This document shows positions 1-7,439 of a stretch of 32,000 bases of DNA, piece by piece. Below the pieces are notes generated by a model. The model was not told where the DNA came from, ran no database searches, and was given only the letters and a program-made list of their open reading frames with translations. The DNA lies in NCBI RefSeq assembly GCF_000017305.1, contig NC_009664.2:2220001-2252000 (forward strand). The letters run 5' to 3'. A program made the translations under genes and the position numbers. The stretch comes from Kineococcus radiotolerans SRS30216 = ATCC BAA-149. Lineage in GTDB: Bacteria > Actinomycetota > Actinomycetes > Actinomycetales > Kineococcaceae. Numbering within the stretch: position 1 is the first letter of the stretch; each line of letters opens with the position of its first letter.

Positions 1-1435
1 CCTCCTGCGCGTGCCAGCAGCCGATGTCGCGCAGGTCCCCCTCGCCGTCGACGAGGGTGACGATGCACCAGTCCCCCAGCGCCGGCACCAGGTGCCGCCC
101 CAGGCGGGAGACGGCCTCCTCGGTGTCCAGCGTCGCGGTCAGGTCGGCGCTGACCCGGGCCAGCAGCGCCAGCCGCCGCGCGGTGCGCTCGGCGGCCTCC
201 TGCGCCGCGCGGGCCTCGCGCTGCGCCCGCTCGGCGGTGCGCAGCGCCTCCTGCGTCGCCGCCCGTTCCGCCTCGGCCTGCTGCTGGGCGGCCTTGCGGG
301 TGGTGACGTCGAGGAAGTACACCGACAGCCCGTCGGGGTCGCGCCAGGCCCGCACCTCGTACCAGCGGTCCAGGGGCGCGGGGTAGTGCGCCTCGAAGTC
401 GACCTGCTCGCCGGTGTCCATCGCCCGGCGGTACTGCCGCTCGAACTCGGCGCCGACCGCGTCGGGGAACAGCTCCCACACGTCCTGGCCCAGCAGTTCC
501 GCGCGCGGGCGCTGCAGCACCCGCTCGGCCTCGGCGTTGACGTAGCTGAAGCGCCAGTCGCGGTCCAGGGAGAAGAACGCCGAGGACATCGACTCCAGCA
601 CCCGCGAGACCCGGGCGTCCTCGTGCCGCTCGGCGGTGGTGTCGTGGACCGCGCCGAGCAGGTGCGCCGGCTGCCCGTCGGCGCCGCGCACCGTCTCCCC
701 GCGCGCCTTGACCCACCGGGTGTCCCCGTCGGGCAGGACGAGGCGGTACTCGGCCTCGAAGGGGGCGGCGTCGCCGACGGCGGCGCCCAGCGACCGGCGG
801 ACCCGCTCCAGGTCGTCGGGGTGCACGCGCGCCTCGAAGGCGGCCATGGTGCCGTCGAAGTCCTCCGCGGTGTAGCCGAACAGCTCCAGGACCCGCTCGT
901 CCCAGGTGAGCACGTCGGCGCGCAGGTCCCAGTCGAAGCTGCCCACCCCGCCGGCGGCGACGGCCAGCTGCCAGCGCAGCCGGTCGGCCTCGTACTGCAG
1001 GGACAGCGCGGACAGCTCCAGCTCCGCCGCCGCGGCCTCGGCCAGGTCGGTCAGCACCGCCACGTCGGCGTCCGCCCACCGGCGCGGGGCGGGGGCGGAG
1101 ACGCAGAGGACGCCGACGACGTGGCCGTCCTGCCCCAGCAGGGGGACGCCCAGGTAGGCGCGGACCGCCCCGCCGGTCACCGGGGGCAGCGAGGCCACCC
1201 GCGGGTCGGCGGCGGCGTCGTCGACGACCAGGGGCGCGCGGCCGGCCGCGGTCACCGCGCACAGCGGGTCCGTCGAGCCGGGCGGGGCGGGGTCCGCCGG
1301 CGCCCCGGCGGCCCGCCCGTCGGGGAGCAGCCAGACCTGCGAGGCCGGGGCCGACAGCAGCCGCGCGGCGAGCTTCGCCAGGCGCTGCAGCCCCGGGTCC
1401 GCCGGCGCGCTCCCCGGTACCGCTGCTGCGACCAC
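1..1435 (-). CDS. Multi-domain sensor protein (GAF - PAS - PAS - coiled coil - start of second GAF); 3' end lies left of the window; architecture typical of SpoIIE/PP2C-type sensor phosphatases
   Basis: Absent from the ORF track because its stop is outside the window. Manual translation of the minus strand (codon first bases at coordinates = 1 mod 3) gives an uninterrupted G/C3-rich frame. It reads LQRLAKLAARLLSAPASQVWLL...AYLGVPLLGQDGHVVGVLCV (GAF), GVGSFDWDLRADVLTWDERVLELFGY...EAEYRLVLPDGDTRWVKARG (PAS) and VLESMSSAFFSLDRDWRFSYVNAEAERVL...DRWYEVRAWRDPDGLSVYFLDVTTRK (PAS). A Q/A/E/R-rich coiled coil follows, then LARVSADLTATLDTEEAVSRLGRHLVPALGDWCIVTLV. Start GTG 1435 with GAGG about 7 nt upstream is a best guess. 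The + ORF 11..1786 is its antisense shadow. The output domain is not visible. Confidence 0.7.
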   Translation of the reverse strand, partial: MVAAAVPGSAPADPGLQRLAKLAARLLSAPASQVWLLPDGRAAGAPADPAPPGSTDPLCAVTAAGRAPLVVDDAAADPRVASLPPVTGGAVRAYLGVPLLGQDGHVVGVLCVSAPAPRRWADADVAVLTDLAEAAAAELELSALSLQYEADRLRWQLAVAAGGVGSFDWDLRADVLTWDERVLELFGYTAEDFDGTMAAFEARVHPDDLERVRRSLGAAVGDAAPFEAEYRLVLPDGDTRWVKARGETVRGADGQPAHLLGAVHDTTAERHEDARVSRVLESMSSAFFSLDRDWRFSYVNAEAERVLQRPRAELLGQDVWELFPDAVGAEFERQYRRAMDTGEQVDFEAHYPAPLDRWYEVRAWRDPDGLSVYFLDVTTRKAAQQQAEAERAATQEALRTAERAQREARAAQEAAERTARRLALLARVSADLTATLDTEEAVSRLGRHLVPALGDWCIVTLVDGEGDLRDIGCWHAQE

Positions 1436-1656
1436 TGCACGACCTCGACTCCGGGGTTGGACCCTCCGACGGGGGGCGGGCGGGACGGACGCGTCCGGCC
1501 GGCCACCACCGGTCCCGAGCTTAGGCCAGCGGACGGCGCGGCCCGGAGTTGCCGGGACCCGGCCCCGGGACCACAGTGGTCGTGTCGCGCCAGCGGCTCC
1601 ACGCAGGTTTCGCGGCGCCCGCGCGCCGCCCCGGGGATCACGCAGGAAGAAGACCG

Positions 1657-2043
1657 ATGGCTCAGCTCGTCCTGGACCCCCACCTCGCCGCCGTTCCCGC
1701 CGCCCGCCGCTGGGTCGTGGGGGTGCTCTCGCGCTGCTGCACGACGGAGAGGTTCGCCGTCGACGAGGACGTGGTGGAGCTGCTGACCTCCGAGGTGGTC
1801 GCCAACGCGGTGCGCCACGGCGAGGGCCCGGTGACCATCGACGTGGCCTGCGGCGCGGACGACGTGCGCATCGCCGTCACCGACGCCGGCACCGACACCC
1901 CCGTGGTCCGCCACGTGGGGCCGGAGGCCACCGGCGGACGCGGCATGGCCCTGCTCGACCACCTCGCCACCCGCTGGGGGCTGGACCGGGCCCAGCCCCC
2001 CGCCACCGGCAAGACCGTGTGGTTCCGGTTGTCCGGCGCCTGA
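1657..2043 (+). CDS. Anti-sigma regulatory factor-type serine kinase (HATPase_c, RsbW/SpoIIAB-like ATP-binding protein)
   Basis: In-frame ATG 1657 inside track ORF 1549..2043, preceded by AGGAAGAAG (1643-1651). Sequence MAQLVLDPHLAAVPAARRWV...EVVANAVRHG (N-box-like)...VTDAG...GGRGMALLDHLATRWG is typical of the small HATPase_c_2 anti-sigma kinases. Confidence 0.75.
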   Translation: MAQLVLDPHLAAVPAARRWVVGVLSRCCTTERFAVDEDVVELLTSEVVANAVRHGEGPVTIDVACGADDVRIAVTDAGTDTPVVRHVGPEATGGRGMALLDHLATRWGLDRAQPPATGKTVWFRLSGA

Positions 2044-2064
2044 GGGAGCCGGCCCCGGCGGGGG

Positions 2065-3867
2065 TCAGCCCTCCTCGGCGCGCGCCTCGACGTCGTCGCT
2101 GCGCTCGCCCTCGCCGCTGGTGAGGTGGTGCGCGGCGACGACGAGGGGGAAGTGGCTGAAGGCCTGCGGGAAGTTCCCCAGCTGTCGCCCGGTGACCGGG
2201 TCGTACTCCTCGGCGAGGAGGCCGACGTCGTTGCGCAGCGACAGCAGCCGGTCGAACAGCGCCCGCGCCTCCCCGGTGCGCCCGATGCCGTGCAGGGCGT
2301 CGACGAGCCAGAACGAGCAGGCCAGGAACACGCCCTCGGAACCGGGCAGGCCGTCGGCGGACTCCTCGGTGCGGTAGCGCATGACCAGCCCGTCCTGGGT
2401 CAGGTCGCGCTGGATCGCCTCGACGGTCGCCACGACGCGCGGGTCGTCGAAGGGCAGGAAGCCGACCCGGGGGATGAGCAGCAGGCTGGCGTCGAGGTTG
2501 TCCGAGCCGTAGGACTGGGTGAACGTGCCGGTCGTCGGGGAGACGCCGTGGGCGAGGACGTCGGCGCGGATCTCGTCGCGCACCCGCCGCCAGCGCTGCA
2601 CGGGCCCGTTCAGCCCGAACTCCTCGACGCTGCGGACCATCCGGTCGGCCGCGACCCAGGCCATGACCTTGGAGTGGGTGAAGTGCCGGCGGTCCCCGCG
2701 CATCTCCCACAGGCCGTTGTCCGGTTCCTGCCAGCGCGCCTCGAGGTGGTGCATGAGGGCCTTCTGCAGGTTCCAGGAGTCGTCCTCGCGCTCCAGGCCG
2801 GCCTGGCGGGCGAGGAAGAGGCTGTCGAGCACCTCGCCCCACACGTCGAGCTGCAGCTGCCCGGCCGCGTCGTTGCCGATGCGCACCGGGGAGGAGCCCT
2901 CGTAGCCCTTGAGCCACGGCAGCTCCATCTCGGGCAGCCGGCGCGCGCCGTCGAGCCCGTACATGATCTGCAGGTCGCCGGGGTCGCCGGCCACGGTCCG
3001 CAGCAGCCAGTCGCGCCAGGCCGCGGCCTCCTCGACGTGCCCGGACAGCAGCATCGCCTGCAGCGTGTAGGTCGCGTCGCGCAGCCAGCAGTAGCGGTAG
3101 TCCCAGTTGCGGGTGCCGCCCAGCTCCTCGGGCAGCGAGGTCGTGACCGCGGCCACGATCCCGCCCGTGGGGGCGTAGGTCATCGCCTTGAGGACGACCA
3201 GGGAGCGGGTGACCGCCTCCTCCCAGCGCCCCTCGACGGTGTCGGTGCGGTTCCACTCGTCCCAGAACTCCAGGGTGTCCTGGAGGGCGTGGAAGGGGTC
3301 GGGGCGGTGCGGCATCGCCTCGTGGCTCTTGCCCCAGGTGAGGACGAAGGGGACCCGCTCGCCCTCGCGGACGACGAAGTCGGAGACGGAGGTCAGGTCG
3401 CGGCCCTGGATGTCCACGGTGCTCCAGAACCACACCGAGTCCGGGCCGGCGACGGCCTCGAGCTCGTCGCCGCGCCGGCGGACCCACGGCACGATCGACC
3501 CGTAGTCGAAGCGGAGGGCCAGCTCGGAGCTCATGCGGACCTCGCCCTCGAGGCCCTCCACGATGCGGATGACGTCGGGGTGGTGCCCGCGCGGGGGCAT
3601 GAAGTCGGTGACCCGGACGGTGCCGTCGGGGGTGTCCCACTCCGTCTCCAGGACCAGCGAGCTGCCGCGGTAGCGGCGGCGGCTGCTGGTCGCCCCGCCG
3701 CTGGGGCCGAGCCGCCAGTGCCCCGCGTCCGGCGTGTCGAGCAGAGCGGCGAAGCAGGCCGGGGAGTCGAACCTCGGGAAGCACAGCCAGTCGATCGAGC
3801 CGGTGCGGTCGATGAGCGCCGCGGTGTGGAGATCACCGATGAGCGCGTAGTCCTCGATCCGAGCCAT
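2065..3867 (-). CDS. Glycoside hydrolase family 15 protein (glucoamylase/trehalase-like)
   Basis: Track ORF 2065..3906. I prefer the internal ATG at 3867 (MARIEDYALIGDLHTAALIDRTGSIDWLCFPRFDSPACFAALL), which has a GGAGGA Shine-Dalgarno 7 nt upstream. The N-terminal beta-sandwich plus (alpha/alpha)6 signature (NWDYRYCWLRDA, WEMRG..RHFTHSKVMAWVA) is characteristic of actinobacterial GH15. Confidence 0.85.
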   Translation of the reverse strand: MARIEDYALIGDLHTAALIDRTGSIDWLCFPRFDSPACFAALLDTPDAGHWRLGPSGGATSSRRRYRGSSLVLETEWDTPDGTVRVTDFMPPRGHHPDVIRIVEGLEGEVRMSSELALRFDYGSIVPWVRRRGDELEAVAGPDSVWFWSTVDIQGRDLTSVSDFVVREGERVPFVLTWGKSHEAMPHRPDPFHALQDTLEFWDEWNRTDTVEGRWEEAVTRSLVVLKAMTYAPTGGIVAAVTTSLPEELGGTRNWDYRYCWLRDATYTLQAMLLSGHVEEAAAWRDWLLRTVAGDPGDLQIMYGLDGARRLPEMELPWLKGYEGSSPVRIGNDAAGQLQLDVWGEVLDSLFLARQAGLEREDDSWNLQKALMHHLEARWQEPDNGLWEMRGDRRHFTHSKVMAWVAADRMVRSVEEFGLNGPVQRWRRVRDEIRADVLAHGVSPTTGTFTQSYGSDNLDASLLLIPRVGFLPFDDPRVVATVEAIQRDLTQDGLVMRYRTEESADGLPGSEGVFLACSFWLVDALHGIGRTGEARALFDRLLSLRNDVGLLAEEYDPVTGRQLGNFPQAFSHFPLVVAAHHLTSGEGERSDDVEARAEEG

Positions 3868-3918
3868 CCCCCCATCCTCCCCCGTCCGGGGGGCACGGAG
3901 GACCAACCGGCCCGCGTG

Positions 3919-4161
3919 TCAGCGCAGGTGGCCGGCGCTGACCGAGCGCAGGTGACCGGCGCTCACGGAGCGCAGGTGGCCGGCGCTCACCGAGCGCAGG
4001 TGGCCGTCGGCCTTGACGGCGGTCTGGGGGGTCTTGACGGCGACGACGGTGCGCAGGTGACCGGCGGTGGGCTTCGGCGCGGCCGACGCCGCGGGCGCCA
4101 GGGCGGCTCCGCCGCCGAGCAGGGCGACGGAGACCAGGACGGCGGCGAGCGAGCGGGGCAT
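3919..4161 (-). CDS. Small secreted basic repeat protein (27-aa Sec signal peptide + 53-aa mature part with five GHLR motifs, ending in 3.5 identical SVSAGHLR cassettes)
   Basis: Internal ATG 4161 of track ORF 3919..4215, with GGAG upstream. MPRSLAAVLVSVALLGGGAALAPAASA|APKP has a basic n-region, a hydrophobic core and an ASA-A cleavage motif. G/C3 is high throughout. The repeat units differ only at synonymous third positions. Confidence 0.62.
   Translation of the reverse strand: MPRSLAAVLVSVALLGGGAALAPAASAAPKPTAGHLRTVVAVKTPQTAVKADGHLRSVSAGHLRSVSAGHLRSVSAGHLR
3922..4006. repeat. 24-bp tandem repeat, 3 full units (3922-3945, 3946-3969, 3970-3993) plus a diverging fourth, inside the small secreted protein gene
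   Basis: Direct reading: gcgcaggtgGccggcgctGacCga / gcgcaggtgAccggcgctCacGga / gcgcaggtgGccggcgctCacCga. The only variable sites are unit positions 10, 19 and 22. All three are minus-strand codon third positions. Confidence 0.9.
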
Positions 4162-4267
4162 GGTCACGTCGGGCTCCAGTTCAGGCGTCGCCGGGACGGA
4201 GTGCCACCGACACACCGAGCATCGGCCCGGATCCGAGTCCCCTTGAGCGGCAACGGGGGATCGGGAA

Positions 4268-4810
4268 CTACGCGCCGTGACCGCCCGGGGCGGCGGCCGG
4301 TCCCGGGGCGGGTCCGGGGAAGGCCAGGCGCATCTCCACCTCCCGCTGCGTCGGGTCCAGGTGGTACGGGACGCGGACGCCGGTGTCGCGGAAACCCCAG
4401 CGGTGGTAGAAGGCCTGCGCGCGGGGGTTCCGCTCGTGGACGTGCAGCCGGATCCCGTCCTGCCCGGGGCGGGTCCGGGCCCAGCGCAGCACCTCCGCGA
4501 GCATCCGGTCGGCCAGGCCCCCGCCGCGGTGGGCGGGGTCGACGTAGACGGACACGAGGAAGAGCCCCTGCCGGGGGTGGGTGAAGACGCTCATCGTGGC
4601 GACCCACCGCTCGCCCTCCTCGGCGACCAGCGTGGAGCTGCCCGGTTCGCGCGCGCGGCGCACCCGGGAGCGCCACTCCTCCTCGTCGTGGCCGCGGGCG
4701 GTCTCGAGGGTCTCGGTGAAGGCCAGCGGGGTGTCGGCCAGCATCCTCAGGCGGAGGTCGCGCCACCGGGGCCAGTCCGCCTCCTCGACCCCCCTCAGCA
4801 CCACGTCCAC
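4268..4810 (-). CDS. GNAT family N-acetyltransferase
   Basis: Track ORF, GTG start. The acetyl-CoA binding core LVSVYVDPAHRGGGLADRMLAEVLRWAR (Q/R-x-x-G-x-G/A-like) and the C-terminal NPRAQAFYHRWGF motif are typical of GNAT proteins. Confidence 0.85.
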   Translation of the reverse strand: MDVVLRGVEEADWPRWRDLRLRMLADTPLAFTETLETARGHDEEEWRSRVRRAREPGSSTLVAEEGERWVATMSVFTHPRQGLFLVSVYVDPAHRGGGLADRMLAEVLRWARTRPGQDGIRLHVHERNPRAQAFYHRWGFRDTGVRVPYHLDPTQREVEMRLAFPGPAPGPAAAPGGHGA

Positions 4811-4899
4811 GTCGCCACCCTAGGGGTGGCGACCGGTCCCCCCGCGTGCGACGCTCGCCGGAGCAGTACCGAGGTCCTCGACGTGGAGGAAGGTGGACC

Positions 4900-5562
4900 G
4901 TGGGAGAACGACGACGGACCCGGGTCGGGACGGCTCCGGCCCCGGGGACCGCGACAGCCCTGGACGAACTCGAACTGCGCGAGGGCGGGCGCCGGGTCGA
5001 TCCGCTCACCGGGACGCGCACCGCCGACCTCGACGTGGAGCGGGTGCTGGCGTGGTGGCGGGGTTTCGAGGAGCAGGTGTTCTCCCGCGGAGCGGAACTG
5101 CGCGGTCTGGGGCGGGAGCTGGAGGAGGCCGCGCGGGCGGCGGACACCGTGCTGGAACGGAACCCGCCCGTCCTGGCCGGTGACGTCTTCGGGGCCGTCG
5201 CGGCGGGGTTCGCCGCGGTGCCGGGGGTCCCGGCGCTGCTGGCGCCGTGGTTCGCGGAGTTCGCGCGCTCGTGCGGCCGGGCGGCGGGGACGCGGGAACT
5301 CGCCGACGCGGCCCGGGCCGGTGCCTCCGCGGTGCAGCGGGCCGGGGCCCCGGGACCGGGGGCGGGGTCGCTGGTGGACGCGATGGTCCCGGCGGTGGAG
5401 GCCCTGGCCGGGGCGGACGCGGCCGGCGTCCCCGCGGTGGCCGCCCTGCACGCCGCCTACCGGGCGGCGGCGGACGGGACGCGGCACACCGTGACCGGTG
5501 GGCTGGTGGACCCGGGGGCGCTGGTCGTGACGTGGTTCTTCGAGCGGGGCACCGTGGTCTGA
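4900..5562 (+). CDS. DAK2/DhaL-like domain protein (degenerate; start uncertain, alternative GTG 4846)
   Basis: Track ORF 4846..5562. The first 18 codons are low in G/C3 (cga, cgt, gga, agg), whereas GTG 4900 is preceded by GGAGGAAGGTGG. Three segments resemble E. coli DhaL from memory. VERVLAWWRGFEEQVFSRGAELRGLGRELEE matches the N-terminal helix plus LTGLDREIGDADHG. GSLVDAMVPAVEAL matches GDKTMCDVWVPVVESL. GGLVDPGALVVTWFFE matches IGHQDPGATSVMFMMQ. Confidence 0.5.
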   Translation: MGERRRTRVGTAPAPGTATALDELELREGGRRVDPLTGTRTADLDVERVLAWWRGFEEQVFSRGAELRGLGRELEEAARAADTVLERNPPVLAGDVFGAVAAGFAAVPGVPALLAPWFAEFARSCGRAAGTRELADAARAGASAVQRAGAPGPGAGSLVDAMVPAVEALAGADAAGVPAVAALHAAYRAAADGTRHTVTGGLVDPGALVVTWFFERGTVV

Positions 5563-5566
5563 CGAG

Positions 5567-5640
5567 GTACTTGCACTCTAAAACACTTCCGTGTACCTTC
5601 GAGGTGAAGCAGTTGAAGCTGCAAACATCTACGGAGGTCA
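5567..5640 (+). promoter_or_regulatory. AT-richer promoter/leader region upstream of the YceI-family gene (candidate -35 TTGCAC 5571-5576, -10 TACCTT 5594-5599; inverted repeat AGGTAC 5568-5573 / GTACCT 5593-5598)
   Basis: This is among the least GC-rich stretches I noticed in the window. The hexamers have 17-bp spacing and the Shine-Dalgarno GGAGG lies at 5632-5636. No experimental support. Confidence 0.3.
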
Positions 5641-5642
5641 CC

Positions 5643-6272
5643 ATGGGCTGGTTCGGCGGCAGGAACAAGGACGCGGGCTCCACCGCGACGATCGAGGCAC
5701 CCGCCCCGGCCGGCACGACGGCGGGCCTGCCCGCGGTCCCCGGGTACCTCACGGGCACCTGGACCATCGACGCCACGCACTCGGAGATCTCGTTCACGGT
5801 GCGGCACATGGCCGTCAGCAAGGTGCGCGGCCGCCTCGGCAGCGTGTCCGGCGAGATCGTCACCGGTGAGGACCCGGCCGGGTCCTCGGTCACCGCCGAG
5901 ATCGACGTCACCACCATCACCACGTTCAACGAGCAGCGCGACGGCCACCTCAAGAGCGGCGACTTCTTCGCCGTCGAGACCCACCCCAGCGCGAGCTTCC
6001 GCTCGACCTCCCTCACCCACGACGGCGAGGACTTCGTCCTCACCGGCGACCTGACCCTCAAGGGCGTCACCAAGCCGGTGACCCTGCGCGTCGAGGTGTC
6101 CGGCTTCGGCCCCGACGCCTACGGCGGGACCCGCGTCGGCTTCTCCGCCCGCGGCACCATCAACCGCCGCGACTTCGGCGTCGAGTTCGACGCCCGCCTC
6201 GACAACGGCGGACTCGTCGTCTCCGACAAGGTCGAGCTCGAACTCGACGTCGAGGCCGTCCTCAACGCCTGA
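5643..6272 (+). CDS. YceI family (polyisoprenoid-binding-like) protein
   Basis: ATG 5643 lies in frame inside track ORF 5247..6272 and has a strong Shine-Dalgarno. WTIDATHSEISFTVRHMAVSKVRGRL...FNEQRDGHLKSGDFFAVETHP...LTGDLTLKGVTKPVTL...INRRDFGV is the YceI signature. Confidence 0.85.
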   Translation: MGWFGGRNKDAGSTATIEAPAPAGTTAGLPAVPGYLTGTWTIDATHSEISFTVRHMAVSKVRGRLGSVSGEIVTGEDPAGSSVTAEIDVTTITTFNEQRDGHLKSGDFFAVETHPSASFRSTSLTHDGEDFVLTGDLTLKGVTKPVTLRVEVSGFGPDAYGGTRVGFSARGTINRRDFGVEFDARLDNGGLVVSDKVELELDVEAVLNA

Positions 6273-7410
6273 GGCCCACGACCCCGCCGGCGCCGGGGAA
6301 GCGGCTGAGGACCGTGCCGAGCATCGCGACCCGGGGGGACGTCGCCATCAGCGCGAGGTCCTCCCCCGGCGTCGTCGACCCGTCGAGGAAACCCAGCACC
6401 CGCTGCACCGGGTTGCGGGCGAACAGGTCCACGAAGAACCGCGCCCCGTCCACGCGGCCCGTCGAGAGCGCCTGCAGCACCAGGGAATCCATCAGCAGGT
6501 GCCGGGGACGGTGGGCCGGCGGCAACCGCAGCGGCCCACCCCGGACGGCCTGGACGGCGAGGTCGTCGGCCTGGCGCTGCAACGCGCTGAACGAGTAACC
6601 CGTCGAGGGCCGGACCGACCCGGAGTTCGCGCCCCAGCGCAGCACCCGCGGGTCGGGCGAGGCCGGGAACCGCGCGTCCGTCATGGGGATGACACCGCGC
6701 TCCTCCTCCAGCACCTCGTGCGGCCCCACCCGCAACCGCTCCAGGTGCTCCCCCAGCCTCGCCCGGTACCCCGCGTCGGTGAGCAGGTCCGCGGAGAACT
6801 CCGTGTACTCCACCAGCGCCTCGGTGGGGGAGGTCGGGAGCACGTACCCGAACGCCACCCCGCCCGCCGGCTGCGGGGTCCGGAAGTCCATCAGCGTCAC
6901 CGTGCGCGGGTCGAACACCGGCCGGCGGCTGCGGACCCGGTAGCCCAGGAAGTGCTGCAGCAGCAGCGTCCGCCCGCCCGCGGGGACGGGCACGGGACGG
7001 GTGTCGACGACCCGGCCCGCGACCCCGGCGAGGTCGTCGACGACGGCCTCGCGGACCGCGACCCCGTGGCGCTGCAACCGCTCGCGCACCGCGCGGTCGA
7101 GGTCGGTGGAGCGCAGCATCCGGTAGCGCCACGCGCCGAGGTCGGCGGTGACGACGGTCCCGTCCGGGCCCACGACCCGCACCCGCGGCCAGGACGCGGC
7201 GACCAGGGGACCGAACGGTCCCGGCCCGCCGGGCGGCCCCCAGGTGCTCCACGTGCGGTCCTGGCTGCGCCGCCCCGAACCCGCCGGCGCCTCCACGACC
7301 TCGAACGGGACGCCCGTCCCGGCCAGGCGCCAGGCCAGGCTCGCCCCTGCCGCGCCGAGACCGACGACCGTCAGCGCGGGGGCGGCGGCGCCACCCCTAG
7401 GGTTCGGCAC
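6262..7410 (-). CDS. Lycopene cyclase family flavoprotein (CrtY/CrtL-like)
   Basis: Track ORF, GTG start. It has an N-terminal dinucleotide-binding motif (TVVGLGAAGASLAWRL). FLGYRV...VTLMDFR...FGYVLP...ALVEYTEFS...GVIPMT...STGYSF matches lycopene cyclase family proteins. No other crt genes are in the window. Confidence 0.72.
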   Translation of the reverse strand: MPNPRGGAAAPALTVVGLGAAGASLAWRLAGTGVPFEVVEAPAGSGRRSQDRTWSTWGPPGGPGPFGPLVAASWPRVRVVGPDGTVVTADLGAWRYRMLRSTDLDRAVRERLQRHGVAVREAVVDDLAGVAGRVVDTRPVPVPAGGRTLLLQHFLGYRVRSRRPVFDPRTVTLMDFRTPQPAGGVAFGYVLPTSPTEALVEYTEFSADLLTDAGYRARLGEHLERLRVGPHEVLEEERGVIPMTDARFPASPDPRVLRWGANSGSVRPSTGYSFSALQRQADDLAVQAVRGGPLRLPPAHRPRHLLMDSLVLQALSTGRVDGARFFVDLFARNPVQRVLGFLDGSTTPGEDLALMATSPRVAMLGTVLSRFPGAGGVVGLRR

Positions 7411-7439
7411 GTCGGGACCGGTTCGAGGAGGGGGCGCAC

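Noticed and set aside
11-1786. 591-aa plus-strand ORF (and nested ORFs 24..386, 636..875, 906..1157; minus ORF 1252..1962)
   Set aside because: The translation is Arg/Gly/Pro/Ala/Val low-complexity with no motif. The opposite strand in another frame gives clean GAF and PAS domains, so this is an antisense shadow ORF typical of very GC-rich DNA.
3922-4006. Tandem repeats here, at 19251-19295, 28094-28141 and 29408-29470 as possible CRISPR arrays
   Set aside because: The units abut directly with no unique spacers. They are 6-24 bp long, lie in frame inside coding sequences, and no cas genes are present.
1877-4584. Long ORFs 2125..4584 (+, 819 aa) and 1877..3784 (-, 635 aa) overlapping the GH15 gene
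   Set aside because: Both are Arg/Pro/Gly-rich junk translations. Only the 2065..3867 minus frame yields a recognisable GH15 sequence.
6262-7410. Lycopene cyclase family gene as a marker of a carotenoid biosynthetic cluster
   Set aside because: No crtE/crtB/crtI or other terpenoid genes are adjacent; the neighbours are YceI and MscL. I treat it as an isolated family member of uncertain substrate.
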